A DNA stretch of 29,535 bases from Ginkgo biloba (GCA_024626585.2 JANKJI020000002.1:269374090-269403624); one strand, 5' to 3'; positions 1 to 14,179 are shown, numbered from the stretch's first letter. The notes: generated by a model from the letters alone, not told the origin. Program-made: numbers and translations.

Positions 1-9
1 TACATTATA

Positions 10-1000
10 TATGAGCATTCCTTCCACCATCCCTTGTAGCTCAGACTCTATCTCTTTCAACTTCTTAACATTTATTATTAATTTTACATTTTCTTGCTTC
101 ACAATCCCTAAATTTATTGTCTATGCCCTGAGATGCCCTCTCAGTTCTTTGATAAGTAGGTATAATTCCTGGAGTCTACTTATCAAGTCCTTATTTTCTA
201 TTATTAACCTCTAATTGATGGATTTATGAATATTTATACTCATATCCAAAAGTAATATGGCATCTAATTCTTCAGTCTAAGGTGGCTCGGTAGTGGTTTG
301 AACTTGTGCAAAAGTTCTTTCTTCTCCTATTCCTAGTACTTTCACTTGCAGTGCACATGGTATGCCTACTTTCACTTGAGGTATAATTATCTCACTCTTC
401 TATAATTTTGAGGTAAGGGGCATATTTACTTACACTTGAGGTGCAACTGAAGTGCTAGCTTGAACTCTCGATGCCATAGATGCATTCAAACAAAAATTGA
501 CAAGTAATTAAATCAAACCAAGGTGAAATACTTATTTCACCTTCTTATTCTTCCACGCCATTAGATTCCTATCAATGGATTCATACAAAAATTGAGCCAT
601 TCTCACTTCTATACTTGCCTTTCAAAAATTCATAAATCTAAAATGAGGAGTGGAAAAGTAGGAAGGATGATTTTTCATCAATAAGCATTTGGAGACAATT
701 ATGGCCATATCATTAAAGGGTGACAAGATAACCTTTGCAACGATCATATCAATTATCACTGGGTGCATTTGATTAAATAATTTATTTACAAATTCTATAA
801 ATTCATTTGTTGACCCCTTCTCCTCCCAAACCCTCCCTGTTATTGAAACTTGGGTTGTAGCTACAATTAACTCTTTGTAAAGTTGATTTGAATCCCTTCC
901 ACCCTAGTAACCTATTGTTCATAATTGCATGAAAATTATATCAACTATAAGATATTAAATGAAAAATCATTATAACACAATTAATACATGTAAATTTCCC
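10..1000 (-). mobile_element. Degenerate extra ORF of an LTR retrotransposon (plant transposon-associated domain plus coiled-coil tail), antisense to the downstream PPT
   Basis: Manual translation gives one minus frame with scattered stops: ELIVATTQVSITGRVW...SPFNDMAIIVSKCLLMKNHPSYFSTPHFRFMNF*...AQFLYESIDR...FHLGLI*LLV, then PQVxV repeats and a heptad-rich coiled coil. This resembles extra ORFs of plant Gypsy elements (recognised from memory, not searched). Confidence 0.55.
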
Positions 1001-1438
1001 TTTGTAATGCTTATAATCTAGGATTTATTTCGATAATTCTCCTTATTCTTATCTCTCACTGCATCTACACCTATTGTAGATAGCTCTGAATAGTTGTTGA
1101 AGATTTCTCTTCTTTCACCACAGTCACCCCATACTCTTGCTAAACATCTTCCATACCTTATGAACTTGTACTCCATGCCATTGTGCCAAACTACCTATAA
1201 TGCTATTTCACCTTCAAATCCATGTTTTCACAAGTCCACACCAATTCATTGGGTTACTCTAATTTACTAGAATATAGAATACCTCTCCTTAATCCTAAAT
1301 TCTATCCTCAAAGTTTTGTGCATGCACCCCCTCCCCCACCAACCAAACTTCACCAACTCTAGATTATACAAGTAATAGTAGAAAAGATGGTTATTATAAT
1401 TAAGATATCGTACAACACTAATGATAATTATAGTTAGT

Positions 1439-1451
1439 ATGAAGGGGGGTG
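1439..1451 (+). other. Polypurine tract followed by TG (candidate start of a 3' LTR at 1450)
   Basis: ATGAAGGGGGG immediately followed by TG. Confidence 0.45.
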
Positions 1452-2038
1452 ATTAATTATAATGGGCATGTTAAAATAAGAATTAAATTGTCATGTTGTC
1501 GAGTCTCCATCAGGTGTTGATATGTGGCCTTCATGTATTGAGTTGGTGGTACAATGGATTCACCACATTTTATAATACTTGTATAAACTTGATTATGTAC
1601 ATTGAGAGTGAAAATGAGACTGAGGTCACATCATTCATGAGAATGTCACATATCAATGTACTTAAGAATTATCTTCATATGACATGTGGTCATCTGAATG
1701 ACATAATTAACGGTGATCATCTTATATATATATAAGGTGAAAGTAGATATTTAATTTCATATAAGGTGCAAGTAACTTATAATTTATCCATTTTTATACA
1801 AAGTGCACATAATCTATTTCATGAGACAATAATATCCATTCTTCTTCATATCACACTAGAACATACAAAAGAAATTGGCAAAGAAGNNNNNNNNNNNNNN
1901 NNNNNNNNNNNNNNNNNNNNNNNNNNNNNNNNNNNNNNNNNNNNNNNNNNNNNNNNNNNNNNNNNNNNNNNNNNNNNNNNNNNNNNAAATTATCCTTATA
2001 AGTTTTCTTCTTTCCTTCTTTGATAAATGGGATGGGAT

Positions 2039-2359
2039 TGTTAGAATATTTAATGTTTACATATTTGTAATCTAGCGTATAACCTAATGTTATAAGGCCA
2101 AAGTATTTGATATAATATTAAATTAGATAAGGGGTGAGTCATCATAGAGTCAGTCCCCAGGGTGACAAGTGTTGGGAATTACTAGATAAGTGTCAAGTTT
2201 AGGAGTGGTCGTTACTAAATCTCTTATGTATATAAACAAGTGTTGAGTCTTGTACATTAATAGAATGATAATTAATGGAGAACATGGTAGACCAATTCTA
2301 CCTGGATCTGTCTTGTGTTTTGTTCTTGCTCATCTTTTGATATTATATCATTTCTAACA
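2039..2359 (+). mobile_element. 5' LTR (321 bp) of a Ty1/Copia retrotransposon
   Basis: Starts TGTTAGAA and ends TTCTAACA (perfect 8-bp terminal inverted repeat), contains TATATAAA at ~2229, and is followed directly by a PBS. Confidence 0.85.
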
Positions 2360-2360
2360 T

Positions 2361-2372
2361 TGGTATTAGAGC
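2361..2372 (+). other. Primer-binding site complementary to tRNA-iMet
   Basis: TGGTATTAGAGC differs from the canonical TGGTATCAGAGC by one C>T and lies 1 nt after the LTR-terminal CA. Confidence 0.85.
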
Positions 2373-2409
2373 TAGAGGGTTGAATTCTTAACCTGATTGG
2401 TGAATTCTT

Positions 2410-3059
2410 AGCCTGATTATTTATACATGAATTAGGTCAAATCCATAAAGGACCAATTGAATACTATTAGATAGAAGGTTAGTGGCACTGAGATGATCAT
2501 TTCCATCTTGAGAAGTCTACCTAGGTTATATGAGATCTTCATAACTAGTTTAACAATAGTTGGGAGGCTGACCACCTTATCCTTTAATGATTTGGAGGGT
2601 CTTCTACTTTTAATAAGAGCATATGTTGAAGGATCACAATGAGGATTCATCTAGTGCATTCATAGCCAAATTCAAGGGTAAGCAGCAAGGAAAGAAGCCC
2701 TTTGTCCCAAAGAAGTAGATAAGCCTGCATGAATATAATGTTCAACAAGAGAGCTCAAAGGGATGGTTTAAACCCAAATGTTAACACTATAGAAAGATTG
2801 AGCATCTGAGTAAGGATTATCGAATATTTTAGCAATAACAACAATATAAGAAGAAGATAGGATGCTAGTGTGGACACTATTCTAGAGCTCAATCATCTGG
2901 GGGAGATGAGAAGGGTAAGAAGTTGTTCATTTCTTTCTACCATATGCTAGATGATTCTCATGATGTATGGTACATTAATTTAGGAGAGACCAAACATATG
3001 ATAGGCATATTAGAATGGTTCAAACACATGTGGGAGGCTACTGGTCAGACCATGACATT
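2410..3059 (+). mobile_element. Degenerate Ty1/Copia gag-protease
   Basis: VKSIKDQLNTIR*KVSGTEMIISILRSLPRLYEIFITSL...LSFNDLEGLLL (Copia gag); decayed zinc knuckle C*HYRKIEHLSKDY (~2778-2823); protease-like WYINLGETKHM, corresponding to WYxDSGATxHM. Confidence 0.82.
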
Positions 3060-3159
3060 NNNNNNNNNNNNNNNNNNNNNNNNNNNNNNNNNNNNNNNNN
3101 NNNNNNNNNNNNNNNNNNNNNNNNNNNNNNNNNNNNNNNNNNNNNNNNNNNNNNNNNNN

Positions 3160-5890
3160 GGGAGTAAAAAGTGGTCCTTCCTTATAGTTGTATTAAGTTG
3201 TTAATAATCTATGAAAACCCATCACTTTATCCATTTCTTAGGTACAACCATAAAGGGTGGCATCCATTAGTTGTCCAATATTGGAAAAATTAGTCCTGTA
3301 GACAAGATTTTTTCTAGTTATGTCTTTAAAATTTGCATCATAGTAGGATTGAGAATGTGTTGAGGNNNNNNNNNNNNNNNNNNNNNNNNNNNNNNNNNNN
3401 NNNNNNNNNNNNNNNNNNNNNNNNNNNNNNNNNNNNNTAAATATTTATGGTTGCATGTGAACACATGTTGATTCTTTGGAAGCATCTCTAAAATCTTCTC
3501 CTTTTGCTCCTCTATGTATGGTTTTCCAATGAGCAAAGATTTACCTTTCATAAGTTCAACGTTTTCAACCTATCCTCTTCGCTTATTCTAAAATTGATCA
3601 TTTTCTTAATCTCCTTAGACAAGATCTTCAATATTTTCCCCCTCCATATTAATTGATTGCATCACCCTACAAAGCTCGCCATCTTTATCTTTGATCATAG
3701 ACTACTCAAATACCTCCATGGACATCACTTGATAGGATTTCTCTTAATCATCCTCATTCCAATTAGATGTGATAAACTAATAGCCTTTTATATCTTCTTC
3801 CTCCTCAACATCATATTCTATCCATTCATCTTGAGAGGTGAACAAAGGAAGGGGCTTGGCACATTTGAATAGTGATAAACACTTCTATTTTGAATTTTGT
3901 GCTATTACCATTTTTCTTAATTTTCATACAATTACTAGATCTGTAGTGCAAATCCATGGCTACCCCAAGATGATACAATATCCTTCCAAAAAATTATTGG
4001 GTTGTAGGACACTAAAATTTATAGGGTACTCCCAATTGGTGATGGAAAGCATGATATTCTCAATCATTTTGTCAGGTTTTACGATAGAACAATCTCCCAT
4101 TTGCAATATAGTATGAGTAGGCCTCATTCCAGGGAGTTTCAATATTTTCATAGTCTTTAAATTCATCATATTAATAGTCACTCCAAGGTCTACCAATACC
4201 TTTGGTATTTGAGTGATGTTAATGTAAACATCAACCAATGGAGTTCCTAGATACCTATACTTTAGGATGGGTTCCTTTCCTAAGATAACATCTGATATAG
4301 CTATAAAAAAATTAATTTTATCCATATATATCATCTTCTTATATGAATTTACACATAATTTTCTCACCTATTTTTCATAAATTAAAGTATATTTTATAAC
4401 TTGAACCAAGGGAATTTTAATAAAAATGTTACTAAGTTCTTCTCCAAAATTGAATTTTATATCCTCCTATTAGATTATATATTCTCCATTCACTTATTAA
4501 ATGGAATGATAATATATTTTTTGACTTTAGGGATGTTCTCATCTACTTCATATTCTAGTAATTCATTGATAACAACCTTTCTTTTTTATTTTGAAGCTTG
4601 AGATACTAGGCCTTCCACAACGTTTCTTTATCTTAGAGAGATATGTGAATAATTATGAGTCTCTATATAAACCTAGTATCTAAAATAATTCTTCATAGGA
4701 CATTAGNNNNNNNNNNNNNNNNNNNNNNNNNNNNNNNNNNNNNNNNNNNNNNNNNNNNNNNNNNNNNNNNNNNNNNNNNNNNNNNNNNNNNNNNNNNNNN
4801 NNNNNNATGGCCTTAGTCATTACATTTAAATAAATTCTCACATCCCCCACTTTCAATTCTATATCAACCTTGAAGTTATTTGTGACAATAGTGTCCTCAT
4901 CCTAAGAACTTTTACCTCCACCTTGTTCTCATTTATCGCCTTTCTTTTGGGATTTTTGGTTCTTATTGCTTTAGCAGTTATGTGGTTATTCTTCCATGTA
5001 TGGCATGTAAAATAATACATGTCAAGATTATTTTATCTCCTTTTATTATTCCTTCCAGATAAACTTTCCTGATTACACACCTTTCTCTGATCCATTAGAC
5101 ACTCATTATGAAGGTGCTTCTCCCCACAAGGTTTACACCACACCAGATCTCTATCTATTTTATATTTTCTCATCAAATTCCTCATTGACCCTTGTAAATC
5201 CTTCACAATTTTTATCAACTCATCGGTCTTCTCAACCATGTTCAACCTCATCTAGTTGGCCTCATCTTCCATCTAGATAACCTTGTAAAATTCCTCTTAA
5301 TATATTCTTGGACTACTTTGCTTGACTTGAGATTTAATTCTTGACATCAAGATGACTACAAAACAATCAGTCTCTGTCTCTTCAAGAATAATGTAGGTTA
5401 ATTTCCCTACCAAAGTTTTAAAACATCCATCATAATATTTCATAGACTCATATATTTTTTGTTGAAGATTCTTCAACTCATTAAAATCAATGTGTGTTGG
5501 TTCAAGATATTCATAAGTATCCTTATAGGAAACCTTGAATTTGTTCCAGTCCTTCCAATTTTGGACAATATTGGTATTTTGATATTAATACTAATCATGT
5601 CCTATTAGATTCATACCATCATCTGTGATACCTCGAGAATTCTAAATGCACTCACAAGTGAAGAGATGTATTTCTTTATATCCACTCCCATTAAACATTA
5701 GAAGTATTAACAAAGCCTCCATAATATTTATTATAGTTGTTGAGTTTATTGTGTTTCTTGTTATTGAATTTTCCATCGAACAAATGATGTGTCTTGTCAT
5801 TCGTCTATGTATTAACCACCTTGTATAATTTCTGAAGACTTTAAATAAATCTTTGAATGAACTAAGAAGACTTACAATTCTTCTCAACTT
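3160..5890 (-). mobile_element. Degenerate Ty3/Gypsy gag-pol (gag, zinc knuckle, aspartic protease, start of RT)
   Basis: Zinc knuckle WCKPCGEKHLHNEC (~5100-5143); protease VLVDLGVTINMM...GDCSIVKP...YPINFSVL...IILG*PWI (3950-4210); RT N-terminus LEKILSTGLIFPILDN*W (~3265-3320). Domains are in Gypsy order with many stops. Confidence 0.85.
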
Positions 5891-8060
5891 CAAACCAAGT
5901 GTTATTTTTTAAGAGTGACTGTGTTTTATCCNNNNNNNNNNNNNNNNNNNNNNNNNNNNNNNNNNNNNNNNNNNNNNNNNNNNNNNNNNNNNNNNNNNNN
6001 NNNNNNNNNNNNNNNNNNNNNNNNNNNNNNNTGGAAAATTTTATTTTATTTTGAAAAGCATAAAATTGGAGTGTGCCCAATATTCTATTTAGATGCTTTG
6101 GATATTTGGTGCTTCCAAATAAAAACATAAATAACTCATAAAATAACTCCCATTTTCATCCTTTAGTGTGATGTAATAGGAACTAATTAAGCTCATACTC
6201 CTAAGGGTTAGTGGGTATAATATTTTCTAAGATTTATTCCATTCTAGGTTTTTCTCCTACCACCATTGTGTATAAGGTTTTGGTAGTAATAATAGTAGGA
6301 ACAAATGTGGTGGCATATAGTGGGGAAGGGGCATATTTTACATTGATATTTTCATCATCATCATCGATGATAATTCCTTATTCATCAATTCGATAATATT
6401 ATTTTTCTATTAGGATGTCATAGGCTTTTTATAAATTGTGCCATGCATATTGATTAATCTTGTACACCTCTTGCAACTAGTTAACCATAAATTATATGAA
6501 ATCATTATCAAAGATAACATTGATTTCAACTTCCCATGTGTTGGTTTGGTTTTGTTGCCCTATTTTTTATAAGGAAACAAAACCAATAAATTTAGAGGAG
6601 GGTCCTGACACCAAAGAGAACTTGAAAATAATGAAGAAGATAATGTTGAAATTACAACATGCCCTAGGTATAGTCATGTAGATAGATTCTAACTAAACCC
6701 AACCATAACCAAGGGGTATCTTAATGTTTCCACTAGGTTATAAAGGCACATTCTATACTACTATTAAGACAAATGAACTAGTGATGGGTAGTACATTACC
6801 ATTTCTAAGTGTCCTTTAAGGTCCTTTACATATTTTGGAGGAGATCTATGTATAAATTTTTAAAACACATTCAACAACTTATTATAATTTGATGAATTGA
6901 TCCAATAATCTTTTAGGTTGAAGGGATATTGGTAGTTTCTTAATAAATATATTGTTATATTCAATAAGGAATAGTTGTTTGTTTGCTTGAATATATTTTC
7001 TTTATTGGATAATATTATCATGAGTGTTGAGTAGTTAACATTATTATTTGTTTTTGCTCTTAGAATGACAAAGTAAAAGTTATAGAGTCATTCCTAAGTC
7101 TTCTTCTAATTTGATACTTTTTGGTGTTCATAAAAATGAATGCATTATGGATTCACCAACCAACATATAAATCACATTTTATAATGAGAGGAGTAGGAAG
7201 ACATTGTATCTACTTGTTGGTATTCTTAAAATTAAATTCATCATGATAATGATCAATATATGCCAGAGAATAGACTTCTCCTTCCCACCTCAACTATAAT
7301 AGTTGGCCCAAATAAGTGAGAGGCATAGGGATAACCCTCAGCATAACTCTAACATGTGTAATTCATGTGTGGGAGGTGTTTTTGTGTGCAAGTGATCAAG
7401 TGGCCTAATGNNNNNNNNNNNNNNNNNNNNNNNNNNNNNNNNNNNNNNNNNNNNNNNNNNNNNNNNNNNNNNNNNNNNNNNNNNNNNNNNNNNNNNNNNN
7501 NNNNNNNNNNACTAATGGAAAAGGGATTCAACAATGGAATGTGGAATGCAAAGTGAGGGGGGATTGAGACTAAATTTTGGCATCATCATAATACATTGGT
7601 GTTGGATGATTTATGCCTCAATTACAACTCTATTTATAGGGTCTAGGTTTGGTACCAGGGGTAATACTAAAGAAAAAGATGATTAACACCCCATAAGGAT
7701 CCACAGTGATATTTGAGTCAGTTTGGATAGTTTAGAATGATCCAAAATTTATTGGGAACGAAATCCAACTGTCTAATTTTAATTTTAATATTTTTTTTTC
7801 TAGTGAAAATTGAAACGTCGCTAATTACCATGTGCTTACAGAGTATGTTGTTGAAAAGTGTGTGTGGCAGTGATTTCATTGATTTATGATCATAAATCAA
7901 TGGCGAGGAGATTTCCATGGTTTTGGAAAAAAATTATCAAGAGAAAACTTATAGGAAGCTTGCATTGATTCTTATGAAGCTAGAGGAGGAGCTTTGGAGC
8001 TTTATAGTTTCTCTTGAAAGCATTCAGAAGCATCGAAGAACTACACACGAATAAAATTAG

Positions 8061-8219
8061 GTGGATATTTTATTAAATACGGTAAGAGAATTATATCATG
8101 GGTGCTAAGAAACATGATTATTTCTTTGTTTGACCATTCTACCCAAAATGCTATCGAGAGTCATAGGCGATCTCTCGTTATATAGATTTGACCTATGAAG
8201 ACCCCCAATTTGTGTTACA
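8061..8219 (+). repeat. LTR 3'-end-like dispersed repeat, copy 1
   Basis: Aligns by eye with 15861-16021 (e.g. ATTCTACCCAAA...GAGTCA..CGATCTCT.GTTATATA...CCCCCAAT.T.TGTTACA) and ends in TGTTACA. Confidence 0.65.
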
Positions 8220-8616
8220 ACGAATATAGGATTTTGGATTAGGAACATCATGGTTGCACACTTTAAGATCTCTTACTCCTACTTCAATTATATATAAATT
8301 TGGGTTCTCTTTGGATTTTAACTTCAACTTATGTGTTTTTTTTATTAATATGAAACCATGTATCCATGTTGAATCGAGGGTGGTTGATTTTTTATAGCCT
8401 TGAGTATTCCCTCTAAAATGTATAAACTTATGTTTAGATTGATTATCTTTTGTGTGTGCCAACTTAATAAGGAGACATTATTTCAATATTTCATAAATAA
8501 TTTATTTTCTATTATAGACATATTACAATGGGTTCTTGACATTTAAAACATTACCTTTCCCTCATATTTCTTACTCAGTGGAGGTTAATTTATACAAGTG
8601 GAATTTGGAGTTACAA

Positions 8617-8658
<42 letters not shown>
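8617..8658 (+). repeat. Compound (TC)n(AC)n microsatellite
   Basis: Directly visible. Confidence 0.95.
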
Positions 8659-8659
<1 letters not shown>

Positions 8660-8682
8660 TACAAATTTTATTTGTTCATTCT

Positions 8683-8742
8683 AAATGAATATCCTCTCTA
8701 CGCATTTGGTTCATGTTAAATGAATATCCTCTCTACACATTT
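8683..8742 (+). repeat. Two copies of AAATGAATATCCTCTCTAC(G/A)CATTT, 35-bp period
   Basis: Copies start at 8683 and 8718. Confidence 0.85.
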
Positions 8743-11700
8743 TTAGGGTTTACTTTTTATGTCTTAAATTATNNNNNNNNNNNNNNNNNNNNNNNNNNNN
8801 NNNNNNNNNNNNNNNNNNNNNNNNNNNNNNNNNNNNNNNNNNNNNNNNNNNNNNNNNNNNNNNNNNNNNNNNNNNNNNNNNNNNNNNNNNNNNNNNNNNN
8901 NNNNNNNNNNNNNNNNNNNNNNNNNNNNNNNNNNNNNNNNNNNNNNNNNNNNNNNNNNNNNNNNNNNNNNNNNNNNNNNNNNNNNNNNNNNNNNNNNNNN
9001 NNNNNNNNNNNNNNNNNNNNNNNNNNNNNNNNNNNNNNNNNNNNNNNNNNNNNNNNNNNNNNNNNNNNNNNNNNNNNNNNNNNNNNNNNNNNNNNNNNNN
9101 NNNNNNNNNNNNNNNNNNNNNNNNNNNNNNNNNNNNNNNNNNNNNNNNNNNNNNNNNNNNNNNNNNNNNNNNNNNNNNNNNNNNNNNNNNNNNNNNNNNN
9201 NNNNNNNNNNNNNNNNNNNNNNNNNNNNNNNNNNNNNNTAAAAAGGTTTTAGAAAAAATATATTTTTCCTTCAAAATGTGTGTAATTTGGAAACTATTAT
9301 AAGATTTTCTACTATATTTCAAAAAAAAGGGCAAATGTTTTGGAGAAGTTTTCTCATTAAATAATTTATTTTTTTAATAAATTAGTCAAAATATAATAAT
9401 TGGGATATAAATAAATCATAAATATTTCCCTAGTTAATAAAAGGNNNNNNNNNNNNNNNNNNNNNNNNNNNNNNNNNNNNNNNNNNGATAACCAATATTT
9501 GTTATAGGGCTCATTGTTGAATAATTTGTATAAGTGATATATATATTTATCATGCTTTTAAGTTGGGAATAAATTTTCCTTTAACATCATTATATTTCAA
9601 TGATTGTATGTTCCTTTATAATGATGTTTTATTAGGATTGATTTATGGCATGGACTTTATCTGAAATTATGAGGCCTTGGATCCCGTTTCAAGGGGGATT
9701 AATACAAGTTCTTTAATTTTTCATTCTAACCCTCTTTATTTGTTAAGATATAATACATATTATCCTATATAAATAAGAATGAGAAGATGATGAAAGAGGA
9801 GGGGCATATGCATGCATAATCTTATATCTTTTGCTATGTTAAGGTCTTCTCCCAATACCTCCTCTAAGTCAACTTATTGGTCAAACTCATCCTTATATGT
9901 GATGCCATTATCGTCTTATTTATTCCATATTGTATGTGTCAAAGACCACCTAGCCAACATTGTCTCTTCAAGTTCCATGACNNNNNNNNNNNNNNNNNGG
10001 ATGTATTCTAACCTCTAATAGGGATTAAGAATTTTTTCCAATGAACCTCATCTTATCTTTTTCTAGTGACTTTTGAGGGATTTGTTCTCTTAAGTGATCT
10101 TAAGAACAAAAAAATAACCCATTACCTTAGGCTCTTATGTTCTAAATTACAATGCTTTTCAAATCAAATAGTTTGAACATTTTATTTGTAAGGTCATAAA
10201 GAATGTCTTTTATATCAATTTTGAAGTCACGCGCCTCTTATGACTCTATTTTACAAAATTATATGTAATTGAATTTCTATGATAGACCTAGAGTGGTGGG
10301 AAAGTGATGAACTAACCTCCACCATGTGCTCTAATATAGTCAACAAAATTTTCTTGACTAGAATGATCTCTACTCTAGCATTTAGCCTTATTTCTCTACC
10401 CTATTCTACTTGAACCATTGTCTTGTATATAGTCCACATTCAACATTAAGAGATCTTGATATCTTCTCATCGAATAAATAATATTCTTGACCTATCATGG
10501 AATACTATGTTAAAAATACTTATAATATTTACACCTATGAATTCCTCTCCTAAACCTTAGAGAATCTTGAATCTCAATTTGGAGGGGGTGGATAATTAAC
10601 TAGTTAACTCCTTANNNNNNNNNNNNNNNNNNNNNNNNNNNNNNNNNNNNNNNNNNNNNNNNNNNNNNNNNNNNNNNNNNNNNNNNNNNNNNNNNNNNNN
10701 NNNNNNNNNNNNNNTGATGTTATAGTATGCCAATTTTATAGTTTAAATCCTTTAAGTTTTATAATTTTTGTTAAGAATAAAAACATATCAAAATAAATTG
10801 TAAAAATGTTAAAGAAAGTTGTAAAAGTCACATAAAGTTGCAAAAATACAAGTAGCCCCAACATCAATTTTGACCAAAAGCATAACTTTGGATGATTTCA
10901 CTATAACCATGATGAATGATCAANNNNNNNNNNNNNNNNNNNNNNNNNNNNNNNNNNNNNNNNNNNNNNNNNNCAGATTGATAAAAGACTACTTCTATAA
11001 GAAAAAATAATTCATCCAAACTTTAGTAAAAATTAGAGTTGCATCTAAGCAAGTTTATAAGTTGGAAAGAATAGTAAAGTTATAAGAAATTATGACATAA
11101 AAAAGGAATACAACAACACAAATTGACCTAACTTTGATCAACAACTAAGATTTACTCTAATTGATTAGTGATGTAGGGTAGAGTTAGGGGAGTTTGTAAA
11201 AAATGCAAGAAACCCTAATAACTAATAAATGGCCTGACACTACACCAAGGCACTTTAGAATTATACCACACTCTATATTAGCCTTTACATCATATACTCT
11301 TCCACATAGAAAATATGCACATAATCTAAGGTTCAACCAAGAAGTTGAAGCAAACAAGTTTCATAATTACATTGATAATTAAAGTAAGAAATATTATAAA
11401 TGCTTGCTAAAATTCAAAAGTAGGGGCTCCTTAGTTACCAACAATAGGTAGAGACATCATAGAATACCAAGGGAAATAGATATAAAATACCATTCTCTGA
11501 TTATTTATTCTTATTATTTGATCTCTAATATGCTCTTCTATTCCACAAAATTATAATTTGATCCTTCTATGAGGTAAATATTTTGGGCACTCTGATAAAT
11601 ATTCCTATCTTGAGGGATTATTAAGATCTATAAAGATTTAGACTTCAATTCCACTTCCAAGCTTAATGTAATTCTCTATATGGCATCCAATTTTCTCTAT

Positions 11701-12062
11701 TTAATAAATAAAATATTTTACATGTGACCATAACTTTTGAATGTTACTTGCACTTGCTTTAACTCCCTTCAATTATATATATATATATTTTTTGGATTGG
11801 TCTTATCTAGGGCTAAAGCCTTATTAGGTAAATAAGAAGTAAACAATAACTCAAGGGAGGTGTTATATGAATGGAAACCATCTTATCATGGATAGTAGAT
11901 AACCAATATAATTCTTGAGAAGTATTAGACATAAGCGAGGCTCTATGGTATGAGTTAGAACAAATCCCTTGAGTTATTTTACATATAGGATTTGTAACAT
12001 AGAATAGAATATTTTCTTGATTTAATGTTTTAGTCTTAGAAATTGAATTTTTTAATTAATAT

Positions 12063-12089
12063 ACACACAAACACACACACACACACACA
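12063..12089 (+). repeat. (AC)n microsatellite
   Basis: Directly visible, with one interruption. Confidence 0.9.
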
Positions 12090-14179
12090 TAAAGAATTAA
12101 ATTAATATTTCTTCCTTCTTTATTTGGAAATTAACAATTCATTTTACCTACTACTTTTTCTCACCCTCTTAATGGTGTAATCATAACCCAAATTGACAAG
12201 TGAGGATTCCCTTTGTGGGGAAAAATCATAATTTATGTGGCATTATTAGGAAAGTAAAAATGGATATGAGTTATAAAATTGAAGGAATGAAAAACACCTA
12301 TTCATATTATAGGAGGATAAATCTATGAGAATTTGGTAAAAGGAAAGGGAAACTTAGAGGAAAAAATTGAGTTGGAAGGATTAGAAGAGGTGCCCTTGAT
12401 TTATAAAGAAGATGTGGCAACTTCTTGTGATATGGAATATTTTTCTATTAAGTATAAGGGAAAAAAAAAGATAAAGTGCAAGGAGAAACAAGTAACCTAC
12501 CTATTTTTTATGGAAAATATCAGTATGCCCCTCACCTAGTTTGTTGAGTGTAAGCATGTAGTGAAGGTTCACTAATGTGAGTCTCCTATCCACATAAGAA
12601 GTTATCGTAGAATAACAATCCTGTAATCTATCATACTATATTATGTACAAAATTGGATTCCCTTAAAATATCTTTCCATTAGATCTCTATATTATGTCAT
12701 GTCTTTTTCATATGTGTGTTGTGTCTTTTTCCTTAGCCATTATGGGTTTATCCTACCACACCACATATTTTTCCTTTAGTTGAAAAACACCTGAAGAAGC
12801 TACAAACTCACGCTCATATGGACACATAGAAAAGTGAGAAGTACCTACAACTATAAAGGAATTTTGAAGATTTATATGGACATAATNNNNNNNNNNNNNN
12901 NNNNNNNNNNNNNNNNNNNNNNNNNNNNNNNNNNNNNNNNNNNNNNNNNNNNNNNNNNNNNNNNNNNNNNNNNNNNNNNNNNNNNNTTTGATTGCCTGCA
13001 TTTGCATGTTCCTCCCTTTTCCTTTTATTTGTGAAAAGGAAATAAAAAGTAAAAGTGTAATTCAAATTTATTTTTTTTATTTCAATTTTCACACCTTTGA
13101 ACACACACATCCCATTGTGAGGTGTCCTATGAAGCCTTCAAAGATGTTTCCCACCCACTCTATGCTTAGAGCCACTCCAAGTGGTTGTGGTTAGGGGACA
13201 GTCAGTTGAGTTGGTCCACAATATCCAATATCCTCATCACGTAGATTACCTCGAATGATGCACAACCTGATGAAAATAAGTAGGTATTACAGTTGTTCTG
13301 ATTAGATGACATTGCATCATATCAATCAAGGTATCCAATTATAACCGCAAAATGATTTAGTAAAGTCACCATGCATATTAGATTGTGACTATTTATGATA
13401 CTCTTGATTTTTTTGGAATATGACAATTAAACTTATCACGTGTTAATTTCTTAAAACATGCTCTATTTGTTATAGGATTAACTATATAAACTCCACCCTT
13501 GAACTTAAATTAATTTTGATCTTTAAATTTAACTCTCTTGTGCAAATAATAAGATTAAATATTAATCTACGGTCACATAGAAAATAGTTATTAGAATGGA
13601 TTCCAAGAGTCATCATGCTAGGAAAAATGATAGAAAAAGGTCAAGCATATTGAAAGAACATGAAACCGTAAGGAAAGAGGCAAGTAGAAAGTATGTAAGA
13701 AAGTATAGAGAGATAAAGAGGATAGAAAAAATAATATCATCAAAGCCAAATATAGACGAAGAAGAGATGGATGCCTCAAACCTTGGTGTGCCTATTGATG
13801 TCCTCGAGGTTGACACTACACTAGTCAGTCCAATCTCCAATATAGTCGNNNNNNNNNNNNNNNNNNNNNNNNNNNNNNNNNNNNNNNNNNNNNNNNNNNN
13901 ACCATAGATGCACATGATGTTATGGGTCTATGTGATCCTTCGTATGGAATTACACCAGTGGCAACATGTAATGATAAGGCAACATAGGATGATACAATTC
14001 GAGATGTGTTGGACATAAGCATATATATATAACCTAAATTTTATAGTTTAGTTTTATAATTTTAACATTTTTTTTTTTTTTTATACATTATTAATTATCA
14101 ATTATGAATTAGTANNNNNNNNNNNNNNNNNNNNNNNNNNNNNNNNNNNNNNNNNNNNNNNNNNNNNNNNNNNNNNNNN

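Noticed and set aside
7553-7566. Other PPT-like purine runs (also 10581-10590)
   Set aside because: No associated LTR boundary or pol could be defined.
8713-9334. Long ORFs spanning N runs (also 19863-20332 and others)
   Set aside because: Their length comes from gaps translated as X.
9800-10560. Possible LINE ORF1 remnants (also 17141-17620 and 23290-24540)
   Set aside because: Only vague compositional hints, with no intact zinc knuckle, endonuclease or RT motif.
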